Origin: Mobula hypostoma
Lineage: Eukaryota
Assembly: GCF_963921235.1 (NCBI RefSeq)
Contig: NC_086108.1
Span: 10,354,001 to 10,418,000, forward strand
Length of the DNA: 64,000 bases
Direction: 5' to 3'
Below the pieces are notes generated by a model. That model had not been told where the DNA came from, searched no databases, and saw nothing but the letters and a program-made list of their open reading frames with translations. The translations under genes and the position numbers were made by a program. This document shows, one piece after another, positions 51,187 through 64,000 of the stretch. Within the stretch, counting starts at the first letter, position 1. Every line of letters starts with the position of its first letter.

Positions 51187-51619
51187 AAGAGTCCTTGAAA
51201 GTGAGTCCATAGGTTGTGTGAACAGTCCAGAGTTGGGATAAGTGAAATTGAGTGAAGTTAGCTCCTCTGTTCAAGAGCTTGATTTTTGAGGGGTAATAAC
51301 TGCTCCTGAACCTGGTAGTGTGAGTCCTGAGGCTCCTGTACCTTCTTCCTGATGGCAGCAGCGAGAAGCGAGCATGGCCTGGATGGTGGGTGTCCTTGAT
51401 GGATGCTGCTTTCCTGCAAAAATGCTCTGTGTCGATGTGCTCAGTAGTGGAGAGGACTTTACCCATGATGGATGGGGCTGCAATGTAATGAACAGAATTA
51501 ATCACACCCAACAGTTCAAGTGTCCAGGAGGTATGGTAATAAGCATATAAACACAGTAAATTAACTTAGGCCTAATTTACTATCATAAAATAAACCACAA
51601 AAATGTAGAAGGGAAAGGG

Positions 51620-53450
51620 GGAGAAGGGGGGAACAGTCGTGATGGAGGAGATTCTGCGGACATGAACGGAATACCCGGTTGGTATGTTGCTTCCCATATG
51701 CCAGGGTCAAAGATGTCTCGGGTTGTGTTCAAAGCATTTTGGAGTGGGAGGGAGAGCAACCAGATGTCTTGGTACCAATGACATAGGAAGGAAAAGCAAG
51801 GAGATTCTGAAAAGAGATTTTAGAGAGCTAGGTAGAAAACTGAGGAACAGGATAGTAATTTCTGGATTGCTGCCTGTGCCACATGCCAGTGAGGGTAGAA
51901 GCAGGATGATTAGGCAGATAAATGTGTGGCTGAGAAGCTGGTGCCGGGGGGCAGGGCTTCAGGTTCTTGGATTATTGGGATCTCTTTTGGGAGAGGTATG
52001 ACCTGTACAAAAGTGAGAGGTGCACCTGAACCGAGGGGAACCAATATTCTCACAGGTAGGTTTGTTAGAGTTGTTGGGGAGGGTTTAAACTAATTTGGCA
52101 GGAGATCGGGAAACAGAGAGAAGGGACTCACAATATGACAGATGGTAAAAAGGCCAAAATAGCATGGAGTCAGACTGCCAGGAAGGGCAGGCAGATGATA
52201 GGACAAAATTGCAGCCAGCAGGGTGAGTATCAGTGCATTAGGGATGCAGAATCAAAAAGGGTAGCAAATACAGAACTCAAAGTGTTATATCTCAATGCAC
52301 GAGTGTAAGAAATAAGGTGGATGATCTTGTTGTGCTTTTACAGATTGTCAGGTATGATGCTGTGGCCATCACTGAATCGTGGCTGAGGGATGTTTGTAGT
52401 TGGGAGCTGAATGTCCAAGGTTACACATTATATCAGGGGGATAAGAAAGTTGGCAGGGGGGTGGTGGTATGGCTCTGCTGGTAAAGAATAGCATCAAATC
52501 AGTAGAAAAATGTGACATAGGATCAGAAGATGTTAAATCCTTGTGGGTTGAGTTAAGAAACTGCATGTGTATAAAGACCCTGATGGCAGTTATATACAGA
52601 CTTCCAAATGGTACCTAGAATGTGGACTACAGATTACAATGGGAAATAGAAAAGGCGTGTTAAAAGAGCAAGGTTATGAAGGAATCCTTAGGAAGCAGTG
52701 ATCACAATACGGTTGAGTTCATCTTGAAATTTGATAGGGAGAAAGTAAAGTCTGATGTAGCAGTATTTCACTGGAATAAAGGAAATTACAGTGATATGAG
52801 AGAAGAGTGTGCTGAAGTAAATTAGAAGGAGATGCCGGCAGGGATGAGAGCAGAGCAGTAAAATCTTGAGTTTCTGGGAAAAATAAGCAAGGTAAAGGAT
52901 GGATGTATTACAAAAACAACAAAAAATGCTCAAATGGCAAAGTAGTACAACTGTGGCTGACAAGGGAAGTCAAAGGAAACATAAAAACAAAAGAGAGGTC
53001 ATAGAGCAAAGCAAAAATTAGCAGGAAGACAGAGAACTAGGAATTTTTTTAAAACCTACAGAAAGCAACTAAAATAATCATTAGGAGTGAAAAGATGAAA
53101 TGCGAACGCAAGCTAACAAACAATATTAAGGTGAGTAGAAAAACCTTTTTCAAATATATAAAAATAAAAGAGAGATGAAAGTGGATATAGGACCACTAGA
53201 AAATGAGGCTGGAGAAATAACAACGGGGGACAAGGAGACGGTAGATGAACTAAATGAGTATTTTGGATCAGTCTTCACTGTGGAAGACACTAGCAGTGTG
53301 CCAGATGTTGAAGGGTGTGAGGGAAGAAAGGTGAGTGCAGTTACTATTACAAGGGGGAAGGTGCTCAAAAAGCTGAAAGACCTAAGGGTACATAAGTAAC
53401 CCGGGCCAGATGAACTGCACCCTAGGGTTCTGAGAGAGGTAGCGGTAGAG
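51620..53450 (+). mobile_element. CR1 ORF1 esterase to ORF2 APE fragment, degraded
   Basis: GTNDIG, ISGLLPVP, YLNAR, ELNEYFGSVFTVED. Confidence 0.88.
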
Positions 53451-53870
53451 ATGCTGTGCTGAACGTGTACTTACTTTAGAAATTACCTAGGGTTATCCAT
53501 AGACCTCTCTTTTTCTAAGCTCAATGTACCTACCTAGGAGCCTCTCAAAAGACCCTATTGTATCTGTCTCCACCAGCGTCACCGACAGCCCATTCCACTC
53601 TCTGCATAGAAAACTTACCCCTGACATCCCCTCTGTGCCTGCTTCCAAGCACCTTAAAACTATGCCCTCTCATTCTAGCCATTTCAGCCCTTGGAAAAAG
53701 CCTCTGACTATCCACACGATCAATGCCTATCATTATCTTATACACCTCAATTAGGTCACCTCTCATCCTCCGTCGCTCCAAGGAGAATAGGCCAAGTTCA
53801 CTCAACTTATTCTCATAAGGAATGCTCCCCAATCCAGGCAACATCCTTGTAAATCTCCTCTGCACCTTCT
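53451..53870 (-). mobile_element. CR1 3' fragment
   Basis: VQRRFTRMLPGL...RRRMRGDLIEVYK. Confidence 0.88.
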
Positions 53871-54149
53871 GGTTGAAGTGCAAAGAAGCTGGGAAAGCAG
53901 CCCAATATATTCATAAGCTTCACAGATGCAGAAACAGAAAATCTTTTTGATCCTACATAAACTCAGCCTGGTTTATTTCATTCAAACAACACACATGTCT
54001 ATTAGTACAGAGTTCAACGTACCCTCATATATCAAGTAAACACTTTAATGCTTACTCTTCATCCATTAGTCCACCAATGTTTTGGACATAACATTTCTCG
54101 GGTTTACAGAAGGGCATTGAGGTGTACATGCATAACTAATAATGCTATC

Positions 54150-54860
54150 ACATACATACCAGCACATGCAAGAGAAAACTCAGTGCCTGGGTACCTTTGC
54201 TGGACAGGTTGGACTCAGAATCAGCCAGAGAAAGACAGAGACCATGACCCTTAATGTAGAACCTCCTCCCATCAAGCTTTGTGGTGTCGACTTACCCAGT
54301 ACCAGCAGATCCACCTACATGGACAGCATCTTTCGCCAGGATAGTGGGACCAAAGACAACATTCAGTGCTGACTCGGCAAAGCTGGAAACATCTTCAGAT
54401 CAATAATCAACACCAATGTGAGGCTGTCGCTGAGCTGTGTTCTGTCCACAATCTTGTACGGGTCAGAATGTTGGTGCATGACAGAGAGTGACCTTGTCAA
54501 GCTGTCGTCATTCCACACCATGAGCCTTCGGAAGATCCTCTGCATTTTCTGGCCAAGGTAGATCTTTCCAACCATGTCCTACTCCTTCAGTGTCATCAAG
54601 AGAACAATAATCATGAGAAAGCTTTGGAGATGGTTTGGGCCCATGATGAGAATAGAGGCCTACTCCATCATCAAGACAGCACTTCGTTGGATTCCTGAAG
54701 AATGGAGGAAATGTGTGAGATCAAAGACAACTTGGCACAGTAGCACAGAGGTAGAAATGAGGACCCCGAACCACACCTGGTGAACAATAGAGAAGATGGC
54801 TAAGGATAGACAGAGATGGAGGGCTTTCATTTCTGTCCTAAACAGGGTAACAGACGTAAG
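54150..54860 (+). mobile_element. RTE-clade LINE 3' fragment
   Basis: GLRISQRKTE; CVLSTILYGSECW; FHTMSLRKIL; ALRWIPE. Confidence 0.8.
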
Positions 54861-55051
54861 CCCAAATGCAGATACTAAGAAAGGCTCCATCAAACCAGCT
54901 CTCAAAATGACCAACAGACATTCAGTTACTAAGAAAGATACAGACCCCAGATGGTTAGAATTCAGAAAGAGTTAAGTTAGCATTTTAACCTGCCAGACAT
55001 TCATCCAATGTTTTACAAAATCTATCATAACATGTGTATCCATGACTTTTT

Positions 55052-55560
55052 AGATAAATAGATAGATAGAAATACTTTATTGATCCCAAGGGAACTTGGG
55101 TTTTGTAACAGCCACACCAACCAAGAATAGAGCATAAGTATAGCAATACAAAAACCACAAACAATCAAACAACAAAATGCAAACTATGCCAGGTGGAAAA
55201 TAAGTCCAGGACCAGCCTATTGACTCAGGGTGTCTGACCCTCCACGGGAGGAGCTGCAAAGTTCGATGGCCACAGGCAGGAACAACCTCCCAGTATTGTA
55301 TCTCGGTGGAATATGGCCAAAGTCCAACAGCAAAAAGTTCAATATCCGGTCTACAAACATGTTCCTCGATCATAATATGACCCAGATTGCACCATCTGTT
55401 GTTAACCAGAACAGTAAGCACCCAACTCCTTTACACTTACCACTCTCAGTGCACTTCTGGTCAGCCCGAACGATCTGGAAGCCATCCATGGAAAAGTTTT
55501 GATCGGGTATGTCCTCGTGCAGCCCCGTTCCAGTGAAACACATAACACTTCACTTTTCCA
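55052..55560 (-). mobile_element. Internally deleted LINE-derived element; related 3' end at 17895-18095
   Basis: Shared ACTTTATTGATCC...CAGGACCAGCCTAT..GGGTGTCTGACCCTCC; simple-repeat tails; APE-like VLVNNRWC remnant. Confidence 0.6.
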
Positions 55561-56119
55561 CTGTATGCACTAAAAAGAGACCACTGGAGATAAAGCAAGA
55601 GAAACCTTGGATACTGGTCCTCACCCACGAGCACAAGGACCTTCCCACCCACGAGGATGGAGGACTGTGGGAGGGGGCCAATTGGTGCAAACTGAGCTAT
55701 GTTTCTGTTCAAGTGCTAAGGAAGTTAATTGGCCTGGTATGTGGATGGGATATGTGATAGGGGTAGAAGTTGGTGGAGTGTTTGGGAATGTGGGAAGAAT
55801 TGGTCCTAGGAAAAGCTATGCGAGGAATGGGATTACTCTGTGAGCTGGAATTAACTCAGTGGGCTGAAGTGGTGTCTTTCTTCGTCATAAGGAAATGTGG
55901 AGAAATGTGGTATCGAGAGCGGGGAATGTCTGTTGGAGGAATGGGAAGAGTCACCATGTGGATTGTTGTGGGATCACCAACACATCATTCGGATTGGTTT
56001 GTTATTGTTGCATAGATCGAGGTACAGTGAAAAACTTGTCTGTCCATACAGATCAAATCAATTCACAGGTAGAACAAGGTAAAACAATAATGGGCTGAGG
56101 AAAGAGAAGAACAATAATG

Positions 56120-56900
56120 TGCTGAGAAATGGACAGGTGGGATTTAATGCAGACAAGTGTGAGGTGTTGTACTTTGCCAGTGAACAGTAGGGCACCAAGC
56201 AGTGCGGTAGAACAAGGGGATCTGGGAATACAGGTCTATAATTCATTGAAAGTGACGTCACAGGTAGATAGGTTGCAAAGGAAGCTTTTGGTACTTTGGC
56301 CTTCATAAATCAAAGCATTGAGTGCAGGAGATGGGGTGTTATGTTGAGGTTGTATAATACCTTGGTGAAGCCTAATTTGGAGTATTGTGTGCAGTTTAGG
56401 TCATCTACCTACAGGAAAGACATAAATGAGGTTGAAAAGGAACAGAAAAAATTTACAAGGATGTTGCTGGGACTGGAGGACCTGAGCTACAAGGAAAGAT
56501 TGAATAGGTTAGGACTTTATTCCTTGCAACATAAAACATTGAGGGAAGATTTGATAGAGGTATATAAAATTATAGAGGATTATAGATAGGGTCAATCCAA
56601 GCAAGCTCTTTCCTCAGGTTGGGTGGCATGACAACCAGCGGTCATGGGTTAAGTGTGAAAGATGAAATGTTTAAGGAGAACACGAGGGAAAACTTCTTCA
56701 TGAGACTTTCCAGCGCAAGTGGAGGATGTGATTTTGATTTCAACATTTAAGAGAAGTTTGTTCAGAAACATGGATGGTAGGGGTATGGAGGGCTATGGTC
56801 AAGCTGCAGGCGGATGGGAGTAGGCAGCTTAAATGGTTCAGTATGGATTAGATGGGTTGGAGGGCCTGCTTCGGTGCTGTACTTCTCTATGACTCTATGA
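56120..56900 (+). mobile_element. CR1 3' fragment
   Basis: AFINQSIE...LEYCVQF; TCTATGACTCTATGAC tail. Confidence 0.88.
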
Positions 56901-57030
56901 CTAATAACAGAACAAAGTGTGCAGAGGAAGTGCAGAACAGGTAACCAATAAGGTGCAAGACCATAACGAGGTAGATTGTGGGGTCAAGAATCTGTTTTAT
57001 CATATTAGGGAACCATTCAATAGTTTTATA

Positions 57031-57266
57031 TGTTCGTCCATCGTCAACGTCAATGAGGACCTTGACACCATTATGATGGTGTCGAGACTAGTGCGTGGTC
57101 TCGATTTAAGTGAGGGAGAGTTGCGCAGCGTCAGCCTCACTCTGTCTTCCCAATTCCCATCTGGATCCAGTGGCAAGACAGAGTCGAGATGGCTGGAGAT
57201 GGGACTAGGCGCAGTGGATGATCAGGATGTCTTCTGTGTCTTGTCCTGCTCTACACGTTCCACGTA
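57031..57266 (-). mobile_element. Short (236 bp) retroposon, probably RTE-derived
   Basis: Perfect 13-bp TSD CAATAGTTTTATA (57018-57030, 57267-57279); RTE affinity and orientation from recalled similarity only. Confidence 0.7.
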
Positions 57267-57566
57267 CAATAGTTTTATAACTGTGGGCTAGAAGCTGTCT
57301 GTGAGCCTGGTGCCATCTGCTTTCACACTTTTGTATCTTCTGTCCAATGGAAGTGGGGAAAAGAGAGAATGTCTGGGGCGGGAAGGGTCTTCGATTATTC
57401 TGGCAACTTTACTGAGGGAGTGAGAAGTGCAGACAAAGTCCATGGAGGGGTTTTAGGTTCCTGTGATGAGCTGAGCTCTGTCCACAACTCTCTGTAGCTT
57501 CCTGTGGTCAAGTTGCCCTACCAAGCTATGATATATCCAGATGCAATGCTTTCTGCGGTGCATTGG

Positions 57567-58020
57567 TGTGGAGGAAAAGGGCTAATAAGCTACGTGACTA
57601 AGGTCAAGGAGACAGCAAAGCAAAAAGCATTGTGTGCAAATAGAAGAGCGTTATGTGCTAACTCTTGCGAGATAAGGTATGGGTCTGATCTACTGCGACC
57701 CCAGGAACAAGAACTAATGTACTGAGCTTTGCAAGATAGTTCAACTTTTAACTACTCCTTTCTCTCTCAGTTTTTTCATGAACAGTAACATATTGTTGGA
57801 GTGTGGTAATATTCCTATACAATGATTGGATATGTTATAATAAGTCAGTTGTTACTATGCTGAACTGTATAAAAGGGTGCTATTGTAACACAAGAGCAGA
57901 GTCAGGGGCTGCTGGAGACCAGCTCTCTCTCTCCTTGGTACCAAGTAAAATAAAGGTCCCGAAAAGAGACTCTGGGGCTGAGCATTCTTTTCACCTGACT
58001 CAGGTTGAACTTCCACGACA
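57567..58020 (+). mobile_element. Solo LTR (454 bp)
   Basis: TGT...ACA ends; 5-bp TSD ATTGG (57562-57566, 58021-58025); TATAAAAG near 57868 and AATAAA near 57949. Confidence 0.88.
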
Positions 58021-58673
58021 ATTGGTAAGGGTCAATGGGGACATTCCAAATCTCTTTAGCCTCCTGAGGAAGTAGAGGCATTGGTAATGTTATGCTTCAT
58101 AAATTCAAAGCATTAAGCTAATTCAAGGACAGATGCAGCAGTCTGAAATGCGGGTCTATCCTGGTCTTTATTTTAAGTGAGGCACACGTGTCCTGCTTCA
58201 ACAGCTTGCTTGCCGTGTGGGTTTGGTTTAAAAATACCTCATCGCCTATTATATTTTGTAACTTCAAAACATTAAACTAATTCAATGGAAGATGCAGGAG
58301 TCTGAAAATCAAGGTACAGTTATCATGCGTGCGGTATACCACACTGAGACTCATTTTCCCACAGACAGCCATGAAACGAAGAAAACCATGGAAGCCATTC
58401 GCAAAAAACATATCACCACCACGCCCCCCTCCCACAATCAAAAGTAAAAGAAATCACGCAAACAGCCATGAGAACAAACCTTCCCGTGTGATAAGAAACA
58501 CACTGCACAAATGGCAACAGGAACATCAACACCCCTCCCCATGCAAACTTAAAATTGCTTAAACTGCAACAAGAACCTCAAACCACAGATATCCCCTTGT
58601 GCAAAAAAGAACAACTCACACACACTGCAAGAAAATGAATGGGTGAAAATGCAAAATGTAAAAACATAAAACT

Positions 58674-58990
58674 GAGAGAGAGAGAGAGAAAGAAAGAAAG
58701 AGACAAAGTGAGTGAGAGGGAGGGGTAGCGGGTAGAGAGAGAGAGAGAGAGGTAGGGGAGAGAGAGAGATAGGGATTGAGAGAGGGAGATAGAGGAGTGA
58801 GAGAGACAGGTACGGGAGAGAGAGAGGGGTAGGGGAGAGGGAGAGATAGGGATTGAGAGAGGGAGATAGAGGAGTGAGAGAGACAGGTACGGGAGAGAGA
58901 GAGGGGTAGGGGAGAGGGAGAGGTAGGGAAGAGAGAAATGTAGGAGAGAGAGAGGGGTAGGGCAGAGAGAGAGCGGTAGAGGAGAGAGAG
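58674..58990. repeat. GA-rich polypurine low-complexity tract with internal duplication
   Basis: Repeated GAGATAGGGATTGAGAGAGGGAGATAGAGGAGTGAGAGAGACAGGTACGGG. Confidence 0.9.
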
Positions 58991-60562
58991 CACTCGAATG
59001 CAGAGGCCTTCCCTTGGGAGCAGCGGGTCTAACCTCGAATTTACTTTAAGCAAGGTGCACACGTATTATGAGGTAGTGTGCTGATATATGAAATTCACTT
59101 ATTTATACCCATAACCCAGAATGAATTATTTAAATGACCAGCAGTGCCTGATCAAATATATTCAAGATTACTCAAATTATTCAAATATCACTGAAATATT
59201 GAAAACACAGTAGGTGAACTGTCAGGCCACTTTGTTAGGGTTCACACGAGCTGGGAGTTAAGGAATAGGATCTCAAGAGGCATATGATTATAACTAGGTC
59301 CAAGTACAAATTTTCTTAAGGATAAGAACATAACAAGAGTTCACCAGTTGGGCATTGTGACAGTAATAAGACAGAAAGGAGCCTTATCATTGGGTGGGTC
59401 CCTATGAACAGTTTGACAGGAAGAAAAACTTGGCCCTGAGGGAATAAATGGAAACTAGATCAGAAGGAAAAATAGCCATTGTTATAAGGTAAAGATATTA
59501 AAGATTAGCTAAATTTCTTGTATGTAGATCAAAACCGAAGAATTGATTGTGGACTTCAGAAAGTGTAAGATGAGGGAACACACACCATAAGAAACATAGG
59601 AGCAGAATTAGGCCATCTGGCCCATTGAGTCTGCTCCACCATTCAATCATGGTTGATCCTTTTTTAATATATCTTCCTCAACTCCAGTTCCCAGCCTTCT
59701 CCTCATAACCTTTGATGCCATGTCCAATCAAGAACCTATCAATCTCTGCCTTAAATACACCTAATGACCTGGCCTCCACAGCTGCATGTGGCAACAAATT
59801 TCACAAATTCACCCACCCTTTGGCTAAAGAAATTTCTTTGCATCTCTGTTTTGAAAGAGCACCCCTCTATCTTGGGGCTGTTCCCTCTTGTCTTAGATTC
59901 TCCCACCATGGGAAACATCCTTCCTATATCTACTCTGTCTAGGCCTTTCAACATTCCAAAGGTTTCAACGAGATCCCCCCTCATCCTTCTGTATTCCAGT
60001 GAGTACAGACCCAGAACCATCAAATGTTCCTCGTATCATAACCCTATCATTCCAGGAATCATCCTTGTGAACCTCCTCTGGACCCTCTCCAATGCCAGCA
60101 CATCTTTTCTAAGATAAGGAGCCCAAAACTGTTCACAATACTCAAGATGGGGCCTCACCAGTGCCTTATAAAGCCTCAGCATCATATCCTTGCTCTTGTA
60201 TTCTAGACCTCTTGAAATGAATGCCTTCCTCACCATTAACTCAACCTGCAAGTTAACCTTCAGGGTGTTCTGCACAGGACTCCCAAGTCCCTTTGCATCT
60301 CAAATTCCTGGATTTCTCCTCATTTAGAAAATAGTCCGCACATTTATTTCTACTATCAAAGCACATGACCATGCATTTTCCAACATTGTATTTTGTTTGC
60401 TACTTTCTTGCCCATTCTCCTAATCTGTCTAAGTGCTTCTGCATCCTACCTGTTTCCTCAACACTACCTGCCTCTCCACCAATCTTCATATCATCTGCAA
60501 ACCTGACAAGAAAGCCATCTATTCCATCATCTAAATCTTTGATATACAGCATAAAAAGAAGT

Positions 60563-60850
60563 ATGTGGCACGTGGCCAAGTGGTTAGGGTGTTGGACTAG
60601 CAATCTGAAGGTCATGGGTTCGAACCTCAGCCAAGGCAGCATGTGTGCCTTTGAGCAAGGCACTTAACCACACAATGCTCCAGTCTACCCAGCTGAGAAT
60701 GGGTACTGGCAAAAATGCTGGGGATTAACCACACAATAGACTGGTGTCCTATCCGAGGGGGAGTCTCGTACTCTCAGTCATTTCACGCCACGGAATCCAG
60801 CATAAGCACCGGCCTGATGGGCCACAAGGCTCCTGACAGACTTTAATCTT
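60563..60850 (+). mobile_element. tRNA-derived SINE inserted in CR1
   Basis: Pol III A box TGGCCAAGTGG (60573-60583) and B box GGTTCGAACC (60617-60626); flanking duplication ATAAAAAGA. Confidence 0.88.
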
Positions 60851-60924
60851 AATAAAAAGATGTGGTCCCAACACCGATCCCTGCGGAATGCCACTGGCAG
60901 CCAACCAGAAAAGGATCTTTTTAT

Positions 60925-61087
60925 GCAAACACGAGGAAATCTGCAGATGCTGGAACTCCAAGCAACACACATAAAAGTTGCTGGTGAACGCAGCAGGCCA
61001 GGCAGCATCTCTAGGAAGAGGCTGGTCTCGGCCCAAAACGTCGACTGTACCTCTTCCTAGAGATGCTGCCTGGCCTGCTGTGTTCAC
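60925..61087 (-). mobile_element. Penelope-derived fold-back mini-element with partial hammerhead
   Basis: Inverted arms around GGTCTCGGCCCAAAACGTCGACTG; 14-bp TSD AAGGATCTTTTTAT / AAGGGTCTTTTTAT (60911-60924, 61088-61101). Confidence 0.85.
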
Positions 61088-64000
61088 AAGGGTCTTTTTA
61101 TTCCGTCTTGCTGTGTCCTCTCAATCATTCAATCCTCTAATGATGCTAGTAACTTTCCTGTAATACCATGTGCTCTTAACTTGGTAAGCAGCCTCATATG
61201 TGGCACCTTGTCAAAGGCCTTCTGAAAGTCCAAATATACAACATCCACTGCATCATCTTTGTCTATCCTCCTCAAAGAATTCCAGCAGGTTCGTGAGCCA
61301 GGATTTTTCCTGAAGGAAACCATGCTGACCTTGTACTACCTTGGCCCATGTCACCAAGTACTCTATCACCTGATCCTTAACAATTTACTCCAACATCTTC
61401 CCAACCACTGAGGTCAGGCTAACTGGTCTATAATTTCCTTTCTGCTGCCTTCCACCTTTCTGAAAGAATTGAGTAACATTTGCAATTTTCCAGTCCTCTG
61501 GCACCATGCCAGAGTACAATGATTTTTGAAAAATAATTTCTAAAGCCACCACAATCTCTAACACTACCTCTTTCAGAACTCTAGGGTGCAGTTCATCTGG
61601 TCCAGGTGACTTATTTACCTTTAGGTCTTTCAGCTTTTTGAGCACCGTCTCTCTTGTAACAGTAACTGCACCCACTTCTCTTCCTTCACACACTACAACA
61701 TCAGGGATACTGCTGGTGTTTTCCACAGTGAAGACTGATGCAAAATACTCATTTAATTCATCAGCCATCATCTTGTCCCCGTTATTATTTCTTCTGCCTC
61801 ATTTTCTAGCGGTCCCATATCCACTCTCATTTCTCTATTATTTTTAACATACTTGAAAAAAATTTTACTATCCACTTTGATATTATTTGCAAACTTGCTT
61901 TCATATTTCATCTTTTCCCTTATAATTTTTTTAGTTGCTCTCTGTAGGTTTTTAAAAATTTCTCAATCCTCTATCTTCACACTAATTTTTGCTTTGTTGT
62001 ATGTCCTTTCTTTGACTTTTACAATAGCTTTGACTTCCCATTGTCAGCCATGGTTGTACTATTATACCATTTGAGTATTTCTTCATTTTTGGAATACACA
62101 TGTCCTGCACCTTCCTCATTTTTTCCAGAAACTCACACCATCGCTGCTTTGCTGCCAGCCCTGCCAGCATCGCCTTCCAATTTACTTTGGCCAACTCCTC
62201 TCTCATACCACTGTAATTTCCTTTACTCCACTGAAATACTGCTACATCAGACTTGACTTTCTCCCTGTCAAATTTCAAGTTGAACACCATTATATTGTGA
62301 TGACTGGTTCCTAAGGGTTCTTTTACCTTAAACTCCCTAATCGCCTCTGGTTCATTCCAATCCAGTATAGCTGATCCCTTAGTAGACTCAACGACAAACT
62401 GCTCTGAAAGGCTATCTCTTAGGCATTCAACAAACTCACCCTCTTGTGATGAATTACCAACCTAATTTTCCCAATTGACCTGCTTGTTAAAATCTCCCAT
62501 GACTACCATAACATTGCCCTTTTGCCTTGCCTTTTCTATTTCCTGTTGTAACCTGTGGTCCACCTCCCAGCCACTGTTGGGAGGCCTGTATATAACTGCC
62601 ATCAACACCCTTTTACCCTTGCAGTTTCTTAACTCAACCCACAAGAATTCAACATCTTCCGATCCTATGTCACATCTTCCTACTGATTTGATGCCATTCT
62701 TTACCAGTAGAGCCACACCACCCCCTCTGCCTACCTTCCTATCCCTCCAATATAACGTGTAACCTTGGATTTTACTCCCAAATGCAACCATCCTTCAGCC
62801 ACCATACAGTGATGGCCACAACATCATACCTGACAATCGGTAATATTACAACAAGATCATCCACCTTATTTCTTATACCACACGCATTCAGATACAACAC
62901 CTTGAGTACCATATTTGCTATCCTTTCTGATTCTGCATCCCTAATGATTTGATAGTCAACCTATTGGCTGCAACTAAGTCCCATCACCTGCTTGCCTTTC
63001 CTGACAACCTGACTGAACGCTATCTTTACTTTTTTACCATCTGTTCTTTCCTCAGTCCCTTCACTCCGGTTCCCAACCTCCTGCCAAGTTAGTTTAAACC
63101 TTTCCCAACAGTTCCAACAAACCTACCTGCGAGAATATTGGTTCATCTTGGGTTCAGGTGCCACCCATCACTTTTGAACAGATCATACCTCCCCCAGAAG
63201 AGGTCCCAATGATCCAAGAACCTGAAGCTCTGCTCCCTGCACCAGCTTCTCAGCCACACATTTATCTGCCAAATCATCTTGTTTCTACCCTCACAGGGTG
63301 CATGGCAGATGCAGCAATCTAAAAATTACTACCCTGGAGGTCTTGCTTCTCCAGCTTTCTACCTAACTCTCTAAATTCTCTTTTCAGGACCTCATTGCTT
63401 TCCTTCCAATGTCACTGGTACCAATATGTGCCAAGACATCTGGCTGCTCCCCCTTCCTCTCCAAACTGTTGTGGACGTGATCTGAGACATCCCTGACCCT
63501 GGCACCTGGGAGGCAACATACCATCCGGGTGTCCCGTTCACATCCATAGACTCTCCTGTCTGTTCCCCTCACTATTAAAGCCCCTATCACTACGACTCTC
63601 TTCTTCTCCCTCTTGCCCTTCTGCACCACGGACCCATGCTCAGTGCCTGCAACCCGGTCACCGTGGCATTCTCCCAGGAGGTCATCCCCACAAAAGTATC
63701 CTAAGCGATATACTTGTTTTTGAGGGGAATGGCCACAGGGGTGCTCTGCTCTAACTGCCTATTTCCATTTCTCCTGACGGTCACCCAGCTACTCACCTCC
63801 TGCAACTTCGGGGTGACTACCTCCCTGTAACTTTCATCAGTTATCTCCTCACTCTCCCATACAAGCCGAAGGCCATCCAGTTGCTGCTCCAGATCCCCAA
63901 CATGGTCTTCAAGGAGCTACAACCGGATGCAGCTCATGCAGATGTAGTTCCCCGCGAGACTGTGGGTCTCCCAGTTCTCCAACATCGGGCACGAAGAACA

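Larger units (their letters stand above)
59586..64000 (-). mobile_element. Near-full-length degraded CR1, running off the window end
   Basis: ORF1 Cys motif (~63940-64000) and esterase (CCLPGARV, HIGTSD); APE GGGVAL / MGDFN; NYRPVSLTS; LDFQKAFDKVPH; RFADD; CATAAGAAACATAGG tail. Confidence 0.92.

Noticed and set aside
58616..59062. 148-aa Leu/Ser/Pro-rich ORF
   Set aside because: Translation of the GA/CT low-complexity tract
60563..60640. tRNA gene
   Set aside because: A and B boxes are present but there is no clean cloverleaf acceptor stem; the sequence continues into a SINE body with a flanking duplication

Overview
Eukaryotic, transposon-saturated non-coding DNA; no host protein-coding gene can be confidently called. 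The repeat mix (abundant CR1 LINEs with an SGNH-esterase ORF1, Rex1/Babar and RTE LINEs, Penelope, Gypsy, hAT, PIF/Harbinger) suggests a vertebrate, probably a cartilaginous fish (inference). Main contents: (1) a full-length Gypsy LTR retrotransposon (746-5084; tRNA-Trp PBS, TAAT TSD, open 1070-aa pol) and a Penelope element (5128-8961; RT plus GIY-YIG, inverted terminal repeat, 14-bp TSD), both inserted 43 bp apart in one CR1 fragment; (2) a Hero/R2-like REL-endonuclease LINE with a strongly base-paired, crossing-stem 3' UTR; (3) several near-full-length CR1 copies, solo LTRs, a hAT derivative, a Harbinger MITE and SINEs, with 3- and 4-level nesting. The most interesting signal is a family of about 150-300 bp Penelope-derived fold-back mini-elements carrying a minimal type I hammerhead ribozyme motif (CUGANGA...GAAACGUC). 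Their inversion junctions repeatedly fall at the ribozyme, and the best-preserved copies share the 14-bp TSD length of the large Penelope. All calls were made by eye from the sequence and ORF track; family names rest on motif recognition, not database searches.
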